From an uncultured delta proteobacterium (lineage in GTDB: Bacteria > Myxococcota > Myxococcia > Myxococcales > Myxococcaceae), in NCBI GenBank assembly GCA_963776345.1, contig CAVZMH010000013.1, positions 215,108 to 279,107 of the forward strand: a stretch of DNA of 64,000 bases, read 5' to 3'. The position numbers and the translations under genes were made by a program. Shown here piece by piece: positions 19,502 through 32,117 of this stretch. The notes under the pieces were generated by a model, which was not told the origin of the DNA, did not search any database, and was given only the letters and a program-made list of their open reading frames with translations. How positions within the stretch are numbered: the first letter of the stretch is position 1; the number at the start of each line of letters is the position of its first letter.

Positions 19502-19660
19502 GGCGGAGACCGAGTGGGTTGGTCGGATGATCGCGCCGTCATTCGCGGACGAGGTCAAGGAGCGAGGAGGGAGCGGGGCTCGGGTCCCGTGACCGACGAA
19601 TGACGCCGAGATCGGCCGCGAGGGCAAGCGAGGGCCGATCAACCCGCTCGGTTTCCGCCA

Positions 19661-20224
19661 TCAGACCTCCATCACCTCTTTCTCTTTCTTCGCGATGATC
19701 TGGTCCACCTGCGTCACGCCGCCGTCGGTCTCCTTCTGCACCCGCTCGCCGGCGCGCTTGTTCTCGTCCTCGGTGATCTTCTTGTCCTTGAGCAGCGCCT
19801 TCAGCTTCTCGTTCGCGTCGCGGCGCTCGTTGCGGATGGCGACCTTGTGGTCCTCGCCCTTGGTCTTCACCTGCTTGGCGATCTCCTTGCGCCGCTCCTC
19901 GGTGAGCGCGGGGATGGGCAGCCGGATGAGCTCGCCGTCGTTCATCGGGGTGAGGCCGAGGTTCGCCTCCCGGAGCGCCTTCTCCACGTCCTTCAAGAGG
20001 CTCTTCTCCCAGGGCTTCACGGTGATCAGACGCGGCTCGGGGACGGCCAGGCTGGCCACGCCGGCCAGCGGGGTGGGCGTGCCGTAGTAGTTGACCCGCA
20101 CGCCCTCGAGCAGGCTGAGCGAGGCCCGGCCAGTGCGGATCTTCGCCAGCTCGCGCTTGAGGTCCTCCAGCGCCCGGTCGATGCGCCCCTTGAGGTCCTT
20201 CACCACGTCGTCCGTCACTGCCAT
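19661..20224 (-). CDS. frr: Ribosome recycling factor
   Basis: IRTGRAS, YYGTPTPL, PALTEERRKE, VAIRNERRDAN. Confidence 0.98.
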   Translation of the reverse strand: MAVTDDVVKDLKGRIDRALEDLKRELAKIRTGRASLSLLEGVRVNYYGTPTPLAGVASLAVPEPRLITVKPWEKSLLKDVEKALREANLGLTPMNDGELIRLPIPALTEERRKEIAKQVKTKGEDHKVAIRNERRDANEKLKALLKDKKITEDENKRAGERVQKETDGGVTQVDQIIAKKEKEVMEV

Positions 20225-20248
20225 GTGCTGCCCTCCTGCGAGGCGTCC

Positions 20249-20995
20249 TTACGCCCAGGTCGTCTCCGCCGCCCCCACCAGCGTGCCCAGCTCACCGGAA
20301 CCGGTGACCGCCCGCCAGATGTTCCCGTTCGCGGTGAGGTCGAAGACGACGATGGGCAGCTCGTTGTCCATGCAGAGCGAGATGGACGTCGAGTCCATCA
20401 CGTGCAGGTTCTGCCGGAGCACGTCCATGTAGGTCAACGTCCGGTAGCGGCGCGCCGAGGCGTTCTTCTTGGGGTCCGAGTCGTAGACCCCATCCACCTT
20501 GGTGGCCTTGAAGATGACCTCGGCGCCGATCTCCATCGCCCGGAGCGAGGCCGCGGTGTCGGTGGTGAAGAACGGGTTCCCGGTCCCGGCGGCGAAGATG
20601 ACCACCCGGCCCTTCTCCAGATGGCGCACCGCGCGCCGGCGGATGTACGGCTCGGAGATCTGCTCCATCTTGATCGCCGACTGGACGCGGGTGAAGACGC
20701 CGTGCTTCTCCAGCGCGTCCTGCAGCGCCATGGCGTTGATCACCGTGGCCAGCATCCCCATGTAGTCGGCGTTGGCGCGGTCCATCCCCGCGGTGGAGGC
20801 GGAAACGCCGCGGAAGATGTTGCCTCCGCCGATCACCACGGCGATCTGCACCCCCGCCTTGACCACCTCGCCGATCTCGACAGCGATGCGCTGGAGCGTC
20901 GGGGGATGGATGCCGTACTTCCCGTCCCCCATCAGGGCCTCGCCCGACAGCTTCAGGAGGATGCGGCGGTACCGTAGGGAGGAGGGCGCGGTCAC
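20249..20995 (-). CDS. pyrH: UMP kinase
   Basis: [40 protein letters not shown]. Confidence 0.98.
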   Translation of the reverse strand: MTAPSSLRYRRILLKLSGEALMGDGKYGIHPPTLQRIAVEIGEVVKAGVQIAVVIGGGNIFRGVSASTAGMDRANADYMGMLATVINAMALQDALEKHGVFTRVQSAIKMEQISEPYIRRRAVRHLEKGRVVIFAAGTGNPFFTTDTAASLRAMEIGAEVIFKATKVDGVYDSDPKKNASARRYRTLTYMDVLRQNLHVMDSTSISLCMDNELPIVVFDLTANGNIWRAVTGSGELGTLVGAAETTWA

Positions 20996-21041
20996 GTACG
21001 ATCGCTTCTACCCCGCGCCCGGCGGGGGCAGCAATCGGAGC

Positions 21042-21692
21042 TTACTGCCCGAGCGTCTTGGCGACCTCGGCGGCGAGGTCTTCCTTCCTCTTCTCGATGC
21101 CCTCGCCCACCTGGTACCGGGTGAAGCGGCGGATGGAGATGTTCTCGCCGATCTTGGCGATGGCCGCCGTGACCACCTCGTGGACCTTCTTCTTGTCGTC
21201 CTTCACGAAGGGCTGGTCCAAGAGGCACACGGTCTCGAAGTACTTCTCGATCTTCCCGGTGAGGATCTTCTCGATCATCGCCTCGGGCTTCTTCTGCTCC
21301 CGGAGCTTGACCCGCTCGATCTCCTTCTCCTTCTCCAGCACCGCGGCGGGGATCTCCTCGCGCCGGACGTACTGGGGGTTGAGCGCGGCGACGTGGAGGG
21401 CGATGTCCCGCACCAGGGTCTGGAAGTCCTCGTTCCGGGCCACGAAGTCGGTCTCGCAGTTCACCTCGACCAGCACGCCCACCTTGCCGTTGTGGACGTA
21501 GGCGCCCACCAGGCCCTCGGCGGCGGTGCGGCCGGCCTTCTTCGCCGCGCCGGTGATGCCCTTCTTCCGCAGCCACTCCTCGGCCTTGGCGAAGTCGCCG
21601 GCGTTCTCTGCCAGCGCCTTCTTGCAGTCCATCATCCCCGCCCCGGTCTTCTCCCGGAGCTCCTTCACCATCGCGGCAGACACCTCGGCCAT
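21042..21692 (-). CDS. tsf: Elongation factor Ts (short form)
   Basis: [31 protein letters not shown]. Confidence 0.98.
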   Translation of the reverse strand: MAEVSAAMVKELREKTGAGMMDCKKALAENAGDFAKAEEWLRKKGITGAAKKAGRTAAEGLVGAYVHNGKVGVLVEVNCETDFVARNEDFQTLVRDIALHVAALNPQYVRREEIPAAVLEKEKEIERVKLREQKKPEAMIEKILTGKIEKYFETVCLLDQPFVKDDKKKVHEVVTAAIAKIGENISIRRFTRYQVGEGIEKRKEDLAAEVAKTLGQ

Positions 21693-21781
21693 CGCTCGTT
21701 CTCCAGCTGTGGGCCGACCGGCCGCGGGCCTCGGGAGGAGGCCCCGGCGACGGCTCGGCCGGATTTCGTTCTCGTCAGGGG

Positions 21782-21817
21782 CCGGAGCGGCCGGTCAGCG
21801 CCGGTGCTCCGCTCCGG
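21782..21817 (-). other. GC-rich hairpin between rpsB and tsf
   Basis: CCGGAGCGG...CCGCTCCGG inverted repeat. No U-tract, so its function is unclear. Confidence 0.35.
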
Positions 21818-21826
21818 TTCCGGGTG

Positions 21827-22816
21827 CTACTCGGCCGCGGGGGGCTCGCCTTGGGAGGGCTGCTCACCCTCGGTTGCCGGGCTGGCCTCGGGAGCGGCCT
21901 CCACCGGCGCCACCGTCTGGCCCTTGATCTCCACGGTGGGGCCACGGCGCTCGCCGCCCATCGGCATGCCCCGCGGGCCGCGGTCTCGATCCGGACGGCG
22001 GCCGAAGCGGCGCTCCTCGCGCCCGGGGATCCGGTCGGCCTGCTGGCTGTCCTGCTCGTCACGCTCGCTGGCGCCCGAGGCCCGGTAGCGGGCCGAGCCC
22101 TCGATGCAGGCGTCGGCGATCTTCGAGGTGAAGAGCTTGATGGAGCGGATGGCGTCGTCGTTCCCCGGGATGACGAAGTCGATCCCGTCCGGGTCGCAGT
22201 TGGTGTCCACCACCCCGATGACCGGGATGCCCAGGCGGCTCGCCTCGTGGACCGCGATGTGCTCCTTCTTCGGGTCGACCACGAAGACGCAGCCCGGCAG
22301 CCGGCTCATGTCCTTCACCCCGCCCAGGTTGCGCTCGAGCTTCTCGCGCTCACGGTCCAGGGAGGCGACCTCCTTCTTCGGAAGCCGGTCGTAGGTGCCG
22401 TCCTCGGCCATCTTCTCCAGGGTCTTCAGCCGGTCGATGCCCTGCTTGATGGTGCGGAAGTTGGTGAGCGTGCCGCCGAGCCAGCGGCTGGTGACGAAGA
22501 ACTGCGAGGCGCGGGCGGCCTCCTCGCGGATGACGTCCTGGGCCTGCTTCTTGGTGCCCACGAAGAGCACGCTCGAGCCGCGGGCGGTGACGTCGGCCAC
22601 GAAGCGGAAGGCCGCGCGGGCGAGGGCCACCGTCTTCTGGAGGTCGATGATGTAGATGCCGTTGCGGGCGCCGAAGATGTACGGCTTCATCTTCGGGTTC
22701 CAGCGCTTGGTCTGGTGGCCGAAGTGAACGCCGGCCTCCAGGAGCTGCTTCATGGTGATGCCGCCCGGGGCGGCCATCGGCTGTGGTTGCGACTCGACGT
22801 TTTCCTGGGTGTCCAA
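21827..22816 (-). CDS. rpsB: 30S ribosomal protein S2
   Basis: [47 protein letters not shown] start at 22816 follows a GAAGGA RBS; an internal ATG start is also possible. Confidence 0.97.
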   Translation of the reverse strand: MDTQENVESQPQPMAAPGGITMKQLLEAGVHFGHQTKRWNPKMKPYIFGARNGIYIIDLQKTVALARAAFRFVADVTARGSSVLFVGTKKQAQDVIREEAARASQFFVTSRWLGGTLTNFRTIKQGIDRLKTLEKMAEDGTYDRLPKKEVASLDREREKLERNLGGVKDMSRLPGCVFVVDPKKEHIAVHEASRLGIPVIGVVDTNCDPDGIDFVIPGNDDAIRSIKLFTSKIADACIEGSARYRASGASERDEQDSQQADRIPGREERRFGRRPDRDRGPRGMPMGGERRGPTVEIKGQTVAPVEAAPEASPATEGEQPSQGEPPAAE

Positions 22817-22844
22817 ATCGATTCCTTCTTCCGCGTTGGTTGTG

Positions 22845-22940
22845 GTCCGCCACGCGCCGTCAACGGAGCGGCCCCACCCCGGGAGCGAACCTCTCGCCCC
22901 GGGGCACCTGGGACCGACCTCGAGCACGTGTGTGAGGTGG
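22845..22940 (-). ncRNA. rpsB (S2) autoregulatory leader RNA (t44-like)
   Basis: Minus strand reads CACACGTGC...AGGTGCC...GCGCGTGGCGG, matching the CACACGU...GGUGCC...CGUGG(A/C)GG architecture of S2 leaders, directly upstream of rpsB. Confidence 0.7.
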
Positions 22941-23100
22941 TACGACGATGCTGCTCTAACCCCCGGGAAAGGCTCACGCCCTACCCGGAGCAGGGCTGAT
23001 AACACTGCCGCGGGAGCAGCGGCAAGCCGGGGCCCGACGGGCACCCGGAGCGCTCCGGCACGCCTTCCTCCCGCCGAGAACGTCTATCTCGAGGGGTCGC

Positions 23101-23196
23101 CTAGCACCCCCCTGGATTCCCCTCATTCACGAAGATGAGCACTGCCAGGATCAGCGCGTGATGGCGCCAGAGGAAAGCCGCGACCGTCCGAACCAT
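23101..23196 (-). CDS. Putative 31-aa hydrophobic small protein
   Basis: ATG at 23196 to TAG at 23101 gives MVRTVAAFLWRHHALILAVLIFVNEGNPGGC. A GGGGA SD-like sequence lies 5 nt upstream. Confidence 0.45.
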   Translation of the reverse strand: MVRTVAAFLWRHHALILAVLIFVNEGNPGGC

Positions 23197-23292
23197 GGTG
23201 GTCCCCTGTGAGGTGTCGGCGCTCCTTGGCCGACACTAGGGTCAGAAGGGACCACAAGTGGGCATGCCCGCGCAAGCCCCCTCGCTGGGGCG

Positions 23293-24471
23293 TCAGGCGC
23301 CGGGGTCGCCAGCGGCCGAGCGGACTGGAACCGGAAGTGGCCCGATCACCATGTTCCTGCCCGACGCCTTTGCAGCGTAGAGACGCTCGTCGGCGCTCTT
23401 CAGGACCGAGTCGAAGTCCTGGCCGTCCGCCGGCCAGCTCGCGATTCCGGCGCTGACGGTGACGCCCTTCCCGTCCTTGTCGAGCACGTGCTCGATGGCA
23501 GCGCGCAGGGCCTCGACGCGGCGGGCGGCGAGCTGCACGTCGAGCCGCGGAAAGGCGACCACGAACTCCTCGCCGCCGTACCGCGCGAGCAGGTCGGTCG
23601 TGCGGATACCGAGCTTGAGCTGCTCGGCGACCTGCACCAGCGCGCGATCGCCCTCCGGATGCCCGAAGCGCCGGTTGTACTCGTGGAACTCGTCGACGTC
23701 GAAGATGGCCACGCTGAGGGTCGTGCGGGCCAGGTCCGCGCGCGCGAGCTCTTCGTCGATTCGCTCGAGGAAGGGCCGTCGCTGGAGCAGTCCGGTGAGC
23801 TGGTCGGTCCCGACCATGAGCCGGAGGTAGCGCGCCCAGCGTGCCACCGCGACCGCCGCCACACCGTTTCCAATCAGCACCACCAGGCGGTTGGCGAACT
23901 GGACGGGGACGAAGCTCCCCATCTGCACGCTCTGGAAATCGAAGAGGTCGTACCGCAGGGCCGCGTAGGCGGTCACCCCCAGGTAGCCAGCGACGGACAG
24001 CGCGGCGGTGAATGCGGAGAGCCGCCAGTCGAAGCGGAGAGCCGAGATCGTGACCGCGACGAAGTACGTCTCGAACGTGACCCGGTTGTTGATCGCCGCG
24101 ATGGGCATCTTCATCGCGACCAGCAGCACCAGGACGGCCGTGGCGCAGAGAACGTCCAGTGCGCTGGTGAACCACGGGAGCCACGCACCGGTGACTCTCT
24201 TCGGGATCAGGAACAGCGCGAGCCCGTAGGCCAGGATGGCCACGCTCATCGCCAGGGTCTTCCCCTGGAGCTGGCCCATCCAGGAGAGGACGATCGTGTT
24301 CGTCGCGACGAGGAGCGCGATGATCGCGAGGCGGACCGTGGCGAGCAGTCGCTCGCTGCTCTGCCTTGCGCGCACCAGTGCGGGATCGGCCTCGACGGTG
24401 AGCGCCGCCTTGAGCTTCTCGACGATGTTGGCCGGGGCGGGCAGAGCGGAGCGATGTTGCCAGAGCCCCAT
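23293..24471 (-). CDS. Membrane-anchored diguanylate cyclase
   Basis: About 6 TM segments, then TDQLTGL, FDVDEF, GHPEGD, RTTD I-site, RYGGEEF, VSAGIA. Start is uncertain. Confidence 0.9.
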   Translation of the reverse strand: MGLWQHRSALPAPANIVEKLKAALTVEADPALVRARQSSERLLATVRLAIIALLVATNTIVLSWMGQLQGKTLAMSVAILAYGLALFLIPKRVTGAWLPWFTSALDVLCATAVLVLLVAMKMPIAAINNRVTFETYFVAVTISALRFDWRLSAFTAALSVAGYLGVTAYAALRYDLFDFQSVQMGSFVPVQFANRLVVLIGNGVAAVAVARWARYLRLMVGTDQLTGLLQRRPFLERIDEELARADLARTTLSVAIFDVDEFHEYNRRFGHPEGDRALVQVAEQLKLGIRTTDLLARYGGEEFVVAFPRLDVQLAARRVEALRAAIEHVLDKDGKGVTVSAGIASWPADGQDFDSVLKSADERLYAAKASGRNMVIGPLPVPVRSAAGDPGA

Positions 24472-24554
24472 TGCGCGCGCGCTCGGCTCTTTTGTGCGCG
24501 CGACTCGCCCACTGTGGGGCAACATCCGCGTCTCTGGATGTGGGTGGGCGTAGT

Positions 24555-24579
24555 TTCCGGATGCACTGAAAATCCGGAA
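24555..24579. promoter_or_regulatory. 8-9-8 inverted repeat upstream of the DGC (candidate operator)
   Basis: TTCCGGAT-GCACTGAAA-ATCCGGAA. Confidence 0.4.
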
Positions 24580-24719
24580 TCTTCCAGGGCCGGGCGATCT
24601 CTGCGGCGCCGCATCGCGCCAAGGGGCGACAGGACACGACAGGCGCGTCGCGTCCCGAGGGGCCGCGCTGACCCGTCGCTCAATTCATGTCAGGAAGTTC
24701 AGCTGTCCAGCGAGGCGCT

Positions 24720-27527
<2,808 letters not shown>

Positions 27528-27685
27528 TGACGTTCCAGTGCGGATGTAACCAGCCAGGCGGCGCTGCCAAGGCCCCCGGGGGCGCTCGCCGGCAGAAAGG
27601 AAACACCTCCTCTAGCGGAGCCTTCCCCGGGATGCCAGCCGCGGACCGTGGCCGGCCGTTCCAGGGGTGTGACAGAACCGCCTGG

Positions 27686-28402
27686 ATGGGCGCGATGGTC
27701 GACGAGACGATGGTGGAGGCGGTGCTGGCGCTGAATCCGTGGGTGCGGAGCCGGCCCGAGGAGGAGCGCTTCCCGGCGGCGCTGCGGGCGCTGGTGGAGG
27801 CCGAGGCCTGTCGCCGCGGCGCCCCGGATCCGGTGACCGGCGCCTTTCATCTCTCCGCGCTCACCCAGGGCTCGCTCCTCAGGCCCGAGTACGACCTCTC
27901 GGTGCACGCCCACACCGGCTGGACGGCGGGGGCGGTCATCGCCGACGTGAAGGAGATGATTCACGTCAACCAGGAGGCCGGGTTCGCGGTGGGCGACCGG
28001 TTCCTCCGCACCGTCGCCTCGGCGCTGGCCGGCGCCTTCCCTGGCGCGCCGGTGGTCCGGGTGCACACCGACTGCTTCGCCGCGCTCCTGGTGCCCTCCT
28101 CGGGCCTGGTGCTCGCCCCCTCGCATGTCGGCGCCGCCGCCGGGGCGCTCCGGGACGCCGCGGACGCGTTCCGGGCCCGCGAGGGTGCGCCGCGCACGGG
28201 TCCCGGGTTCACCGTCTCGGCGCTGCGGCTCCGCATCGTGGACCCGTCGCACTGGCAGGTCCTCGGACCGCTCCTCTGGGCGGAGATCGAGCGGGCCCAC
28301 GTGCTCGCCCGCCGGGGGCTGGTCATCGAGGGCCAGATCCAGGAGCGCGAGCTCCAGCTGGACGGACGCGTCCCGGCGGGGGCGACTACTCCTCGAGGAT
28401 GA
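27686..28402 (+). CDS. Highly degenerate stand-alone GGDEF-like protein
   Basis: DPVTGAF, IADVKEMIHVNQEAGFAVGDRFLR, and VVRVHTDCF at the GGDEF position. No RxxD. Confidence 0.6.
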   Translation: MGAMVDETMVEAVLALNPWVRSRPEEERFPAALRALVEAEACRRGAPDPVTGAFHLSALTQGSLLRPEYDLSVHAHTGWTAGAVIADVKEMIHVNQEAGFAVGDRFLRTVASALAGAFPGAPVVRVHTDCFAALLVPSSGLVLAPSHVGAAAGALRDAADAFRAREGAPRTGPGFTVSALRLRIVDPSHWQVLGPLLWAEIERAHVLARRGLVIEGQIQERELQLDGRVPAGATTPRG

Positions 28403-29327
28403 ACTTCCGCGGGTTCTCGGGAATCCCGTTCACCCGCACCTCGTAGTGCAGGTGGGGCCCGGTGGAGCGGCCGGTGTTGCCCACCGCGCCCACCAGCTGC
28501 CCACGCTTGACCCGGTCGCCGGTCTTCACCTCGAGCTTGCTCAGGTGGCCGAAGCGGGTCTTCACCCCGTACCCGTGGTCGATGACCAGGACGTTCCCGT
28601 ACCCACCTTCGAGGCCGGCGAAGATGACGCTGCCGTCCGACGGCGCCACCACCTCCTTGCCGTGAGGTGCGGCGATGTCGAGACCTTCATGCATCACGCG
28701 CTCAGCCGTATACGGGTCGAGACGCTGCCCGAAGTCCGAGGTGACCCATCCACGGGCCGGCCACACCGAGGGGGTCGAGGCCAGCCGGCTCTTCTGGTCC
28801 AGGAAGTACGACTGAAGTTCCTGAAGGCTCTTTTCTTGCCGGGTTGCGGACTCGCTCAGCTTGTCCAGCCTGGAGGGGAGGTTCCGGGGAGTCTCGCTGG
28901 CTGACCCGGGACGGGTGAACTCGGTCTCGGCGCTGGGGGTCGGGGTGACACCGGGCTCACCCGCCGTGGGGCCGAGCGCGAGATTGCGCTGGGGGTCCGA
29001 GAGCAGGGTCACCGCCCGGAGCTTCTGGTCGAAGCGCTCCACCCGCTCGAGCGTCGCCCCGATGTGCTCCATCCGCTCGCGGATGCTCTTCAGCTGGGTC
29101 CGGAGCGTGAGGTTCTCGTCGCGGAGGACCCGGTTCTCCGAGGCCTCCCGCACGAGGGCGAAGTAGTGCACCACCGCGGCGAGCAGCAGCAGCCCGGCCG
29201 CGCCGGCGCCCAGCGCCGCGTGCCGCAGGAGGCTCTTCTCGAGCTGGAAGCGGCGAACCGGCGCGTCATGGTCCGGAACGACGATCAGCGTGAGGGTCTT
29301 CTTGGCCAACGGTGGGGTCGCTCCCAT
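28386..29327 (-). CDS. M23 family metallopeptidase with TM and coiled coil
   Basis: HEGLD, YGNVLVIDHG, FGHLS, GNTGRSTGPHLHYEV. Confidence 0.95.
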   Translation of the reverse strand: MGATPPLAKKTLTLIVVPDHDAPVRRFQLEKSLLRHAALGAGAAGLLLLAAVVHYFALVREASENRVLRDENLTLRTQLKSIRERMEHIGATLERVERFDQKLRAVTLLSDPQRNLALGPTAGEPGVTPTPSAETEFTRPGSASETPRNLPSRLDKLSESATRQEKSLQELQSYFLDQKSRLASTPSVWPARGWVTSDFGQRLDPYTAERVMHEGLDIAAPHGKEVVAPSDGSVIFAGLEGGYGNVLVIDHGYGVKTRFGHLSKLEVKTGDRVKRGQLVGAVGNTGRSTGPHLHYEVRVNGIPENPRKFILEE

Positions 29328-29359
29328 GACAGCGCGTCGCCTGGCAGTCCAGGTACCCA

Positions 29360-29375
29360 AGCAAGCCGTATTCCA
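29360..29375 (-). promoter_or_regulatory. Candidate sigma54 -24/-12 promoter of the M23 peptidase
   Basis: TGGAATA-CGGC-TTGCT (GG-N10-GC), about 33 nt upstream of the ATG. Confidence 0.5.
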
Positions 29376-29479
29376 GCATGCTTGCCCCCCATCCGTCCGG
29401 GGCGCGCCTCCTAGTCCGGCAGAACTGACGGGGTCAAGGAAGCAGAGCTGCCTGCCTACACCCCTGTTGCGCGCCCCAC

Positions 29480-30319
29480 CTACACCGATGCGTGCTCACC
29501 GGTCTGGGCGATCTCGGGACTGGCGGTGGACTCCGCCTGCACCTGGACGGCGATGACGGTGATGTTGTCATCCCCGCCGCGCTCGTTGGCCAGGTCGATC
29601 AGGCGCTGGGGCACCTCGGCGAGCGGGACGTGGCGCACCACCTGGAGGATCTCCGGGTCCTCCACCATGTTGGCCATCCCGTCCGAGCAGAGGATGAAGA
29701 CGTCTCCCGGCTCGCAGAGCAGCCCCATGACGTCGACCTGGACGTCCTCCTCGAAGCCCACCGAGCGGGTGATGATGTTCTTGTAGCGGGAGTGCTTCGC
29801 CTCCTCGGGAGTGATCATCCCCGCCTTGATCTGCTCGTTGACCAGGCTGTGGTCCTCGCTGATCTGCTGGATGAGGTCACCGCGGACGAGGTAGGCCCGG
29901 CTGTCGCCCACGTGGGCGAAGAACGCCTGGTCGTCCTTCATCAGGAGGGAGATGACCGTGGTGCCCATCCCGGCCAGCCGCGGATCCTCCTGGGCCTTGC
30001 TGTAGATGGCGATGCAGGCCCGCTCGACGGCGGCGCGGATCGCCTCGGGCACGGGCGAGTCCTGGAGCGCCGTGCGCGCCCCCAGCGTCGAGCCCTGCGT
30101 GGCGCGCGCCTGCCGGAGCTCCCGGTCGATGGTCTCCACCGCGATGCGCGACGCCGTGCCGCCCCCGGCATGGCCGCCCATGCCGTCGGCGACCACGAAC
30201 AGCTTCAGATCCTCGTCGATCAGGAAGCTGTCCTCGTTGTGGTCGCGCTTCTTGCCCACATCGGTCAGCCCAGTGGAGACGATCTTCAACCGGACCGGGG
30301 GTGGCTCGGGTGGGGGCAC
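29480..30319 (-). CDS. PP2C-family Ser/Thr phosphatase (Stp1/IreP-like)
   Basis: TDVGKKRDHNEDS, VADGMGGH, MGTT, HVGDSRAY, LCSDG, GGDDNIT. Confidence 0.95.
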   Translation of the reverse strand: MPPPEPPPVRLKIVSTGLTDVGKKRDHNEDSFLIDEDLKLFVVADGMGGHAGGGTASRIAVETIDRELRQARATQGSTLGARTALQDSPVPEAIRAAVERACIAIYSKAQEDPRLAGMGTTVISLLMKDDQAFFAHVGDSRAYLVRGDLIQQISEDHSLVNEQIKAGMITPEEAKHSRYKNIITRSVGFEEDVQVDVMGLLCEPGDVFILCSDGMANMVEDPEILQVVRHVPLAEVPQRLIDLANERGGDDNITVIAVQVQAESTASPEIAQTGEHASV

Positions 30320-30385
30320 GCTGACCGAGGATGGTACAGGCGGCGCTCCAGGGCGGGCAAGGAGAGTGCGACGCGCCGGCGACTC

Positions 30386-32110
30386 TCAGGCCACCCGTCG
30401 CGCGCGCGAGACCGGCCGGACGGCGCCCGTCGCGGTCGACTCCCGTGCCGCGCGCACCAGCGCCTCGGCCGCGGCCAGCGCCTCGGAGGTGACAATGGCC
30501 CCTGACATCATCCGGGCCAGCTCGCGGGTGCGCGGGGCGCCGGCGTCCAGCACCCGCACGCTGGACCAGGTTCGCCCCCGCGCGGAAGTCTTCTCCACGA
30601 CCAGGTGCGCGTCGGCGTGCGCTGCCACCTGCGGCAGGTGCGTGATGCAGAGCACCTGTCGGCCGGACGCGACGGCCCGCACCATCCGGCCCACCACGTC
30701 GGCCACCGCGCCGCTCACCCCGGCGTCCGCCTCGTCGAGGACGACGGTGGCCACCTCGTCCAGGCCGCCGTGCGCCATGGACGTGCGCTTGAGCGCGAGC
30801 CAGAGCCGCGACGCCTCGCCACCGGACGCCACCCGGGCCAGAGGACGGACCGGCTCCCCGGGGTTGGCGCCGAAGAGGAACTCGACCTCGTCCGCGCCGT
30901 CCGCCCGGAGCACGTCGCCGGGCGCGAGCTGGACCGTGAACGCCGCGCGCGGCAGCGCCAGCCGGCCGAGCTCCAGGGTGACGGCGCGCTCGAGCTGGCG
31001 GGCCGCGCGCTCGCGCTCCCTCCGGAGCGCCCGGGCCGACTCCCAGGCCCGCGCCTCGGCGGCCGCGCGCTCGGCCTCCAGCGCGGCCATGCGCTCCCGG
31101 CGCCCCTCCAGCCGCGCGCACTCGATGCGCAGCGCCTCGAGGCGGGCGGGGAGCCCGGGCACGTCGGTGCCGTGCTTGCGCGCGAGGCGCCGGAGCGCGT
31201 CCAGCCGCTCCTCCACCACCGCCAGTCGCTCCGGATCGGCCTCCAGCCCGTCGAGGTAGCGGTGGAGGCTCCGCACCGCGTCGTCGAGCGCCGCGGCCGC
31301 CGAGACCACGGACGAGGCGGACTCGCCGAGGTCGGGATCGGTCCGGGCCGCCTCCTCGAGCATCCGGGCGGCCCGCGCGGCCACGGTGCACACCCCGGCG
31401 TCATCCCCGCCGAGCATCGCCTCGGACTCGAGGGCCGCCGCCCGCAGCCGCTCCACCCCGGCGAGCCGCCTCCGCTCGGCCTCGAGCGCAGGCTCCTCGC
31501 CGGGCGCCGGAGCGAGCCGCTCGAGCTCGTCGAGCTGGAAGCGGGCGAACTCCGCGCGGGCCTCCTGCGCCGCGGCGTCCCCGCCCAGCGACTGCCGCTC
31601 GGCCTCCAGCGCCACCAGCGGCGCGTGCGCGGCGCGGTAGGCTTCCAGCGCGGGGAGCACGCCCTCCCACCGGTCCAGCGCCGCGCGGTGGGTGGCGGCC
31701 TCGAAGAGCCCGACGTGCGCGTGCTGGCCGGCGATGTCCAGCTCTCCACGCATGAGCTGGCCGAGGACCCCCACCGAGGCGAGGGCGCCGTTGACGTGAA
31801 CCTTGCTCCGTCCGGCCCGGCCGACGACCCGCCTGAGCACCACCTCGTCCCCGTGGTCCGGGAGCCCCAGCGCCTCCAGCCGGAGCGCGAGCCCCGGCGT
31901 GCGCTGGAAGACGGCCTCGACCACCGCCTCCTCGGCGCCGGAGCGCACGCATTCGGCGTCCGCCCGGGTGCCGAGGAGAAGCCCGAGCGCGTCCACGAGG
32001 ATGCTCTTCCCGGCGCCCGTCTCCCCCGTCAGCACGGTCAGCCCCGGCCCGAAGGCGACCTCGACCTCTTCCACCACCGTGAAGCTCTCGATGCGTAGCG
32101 CGAGCAACAT
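30386..32110 (-). CDS. recN: DNA repair protein RecN
   Basis: LTGETGAGKS, ANPGE, VASGGEASR, LDEADAGVSG, QVLCITHLPQVAA. Confidence 0.97.
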   Translation of the reverse strand: MLLALRIESFTVVEEVEVAFGPGLTVLTGETGAGKSILVDALGLLLGTRADAECVRSGAEEAVVEAVFQRTPGLALRLEALGLPDHGDEVVLRRVVGRAGRSKVHVNGALASVGVLGQLMRGELDIAGQHAHVGLFEAATHRAALDRWEGVLPALEAYRAAHAPLVALEAERQSLGGDAAAQEARAEFARFQLDELERLAPAPGEEPALEAERRRLAGVERLRAAALESEAMLGGDDAGVCTVAARAARMLEEAARTDPDLGESASSVVSAAAALDDAVRSLHRYLDGLEADPERLAVVEERLDALRRLARKHGTDVPGLPARLEALRIECARLEGRRERMAALEAERAAAEARAWESARALRRERERAARQLERAVTLELGRLALPRAAFTVQLAPGDVLRADGADEVEFLFGANPGEPVRPLARVASGGEASRLWLALKRTSMAHGGLDEVATVVLDEADAGVSGAVADVVGRMVRAVASGRQVLCITHLPQVAAHADAHLVVEKTSARGRTWSSVRVLDAGAPRTRELARMMSGAIVTSEALAAAEALVRAARESTATGAVRPVSRARRVA

Positions 32111-32117
32111 GCGGGCA

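Noticed and set aside
21042..21692. Truncated EF-Ts
   Set aside because: Short EF-Ts of about 200 aa is a known normal form in several phyla.
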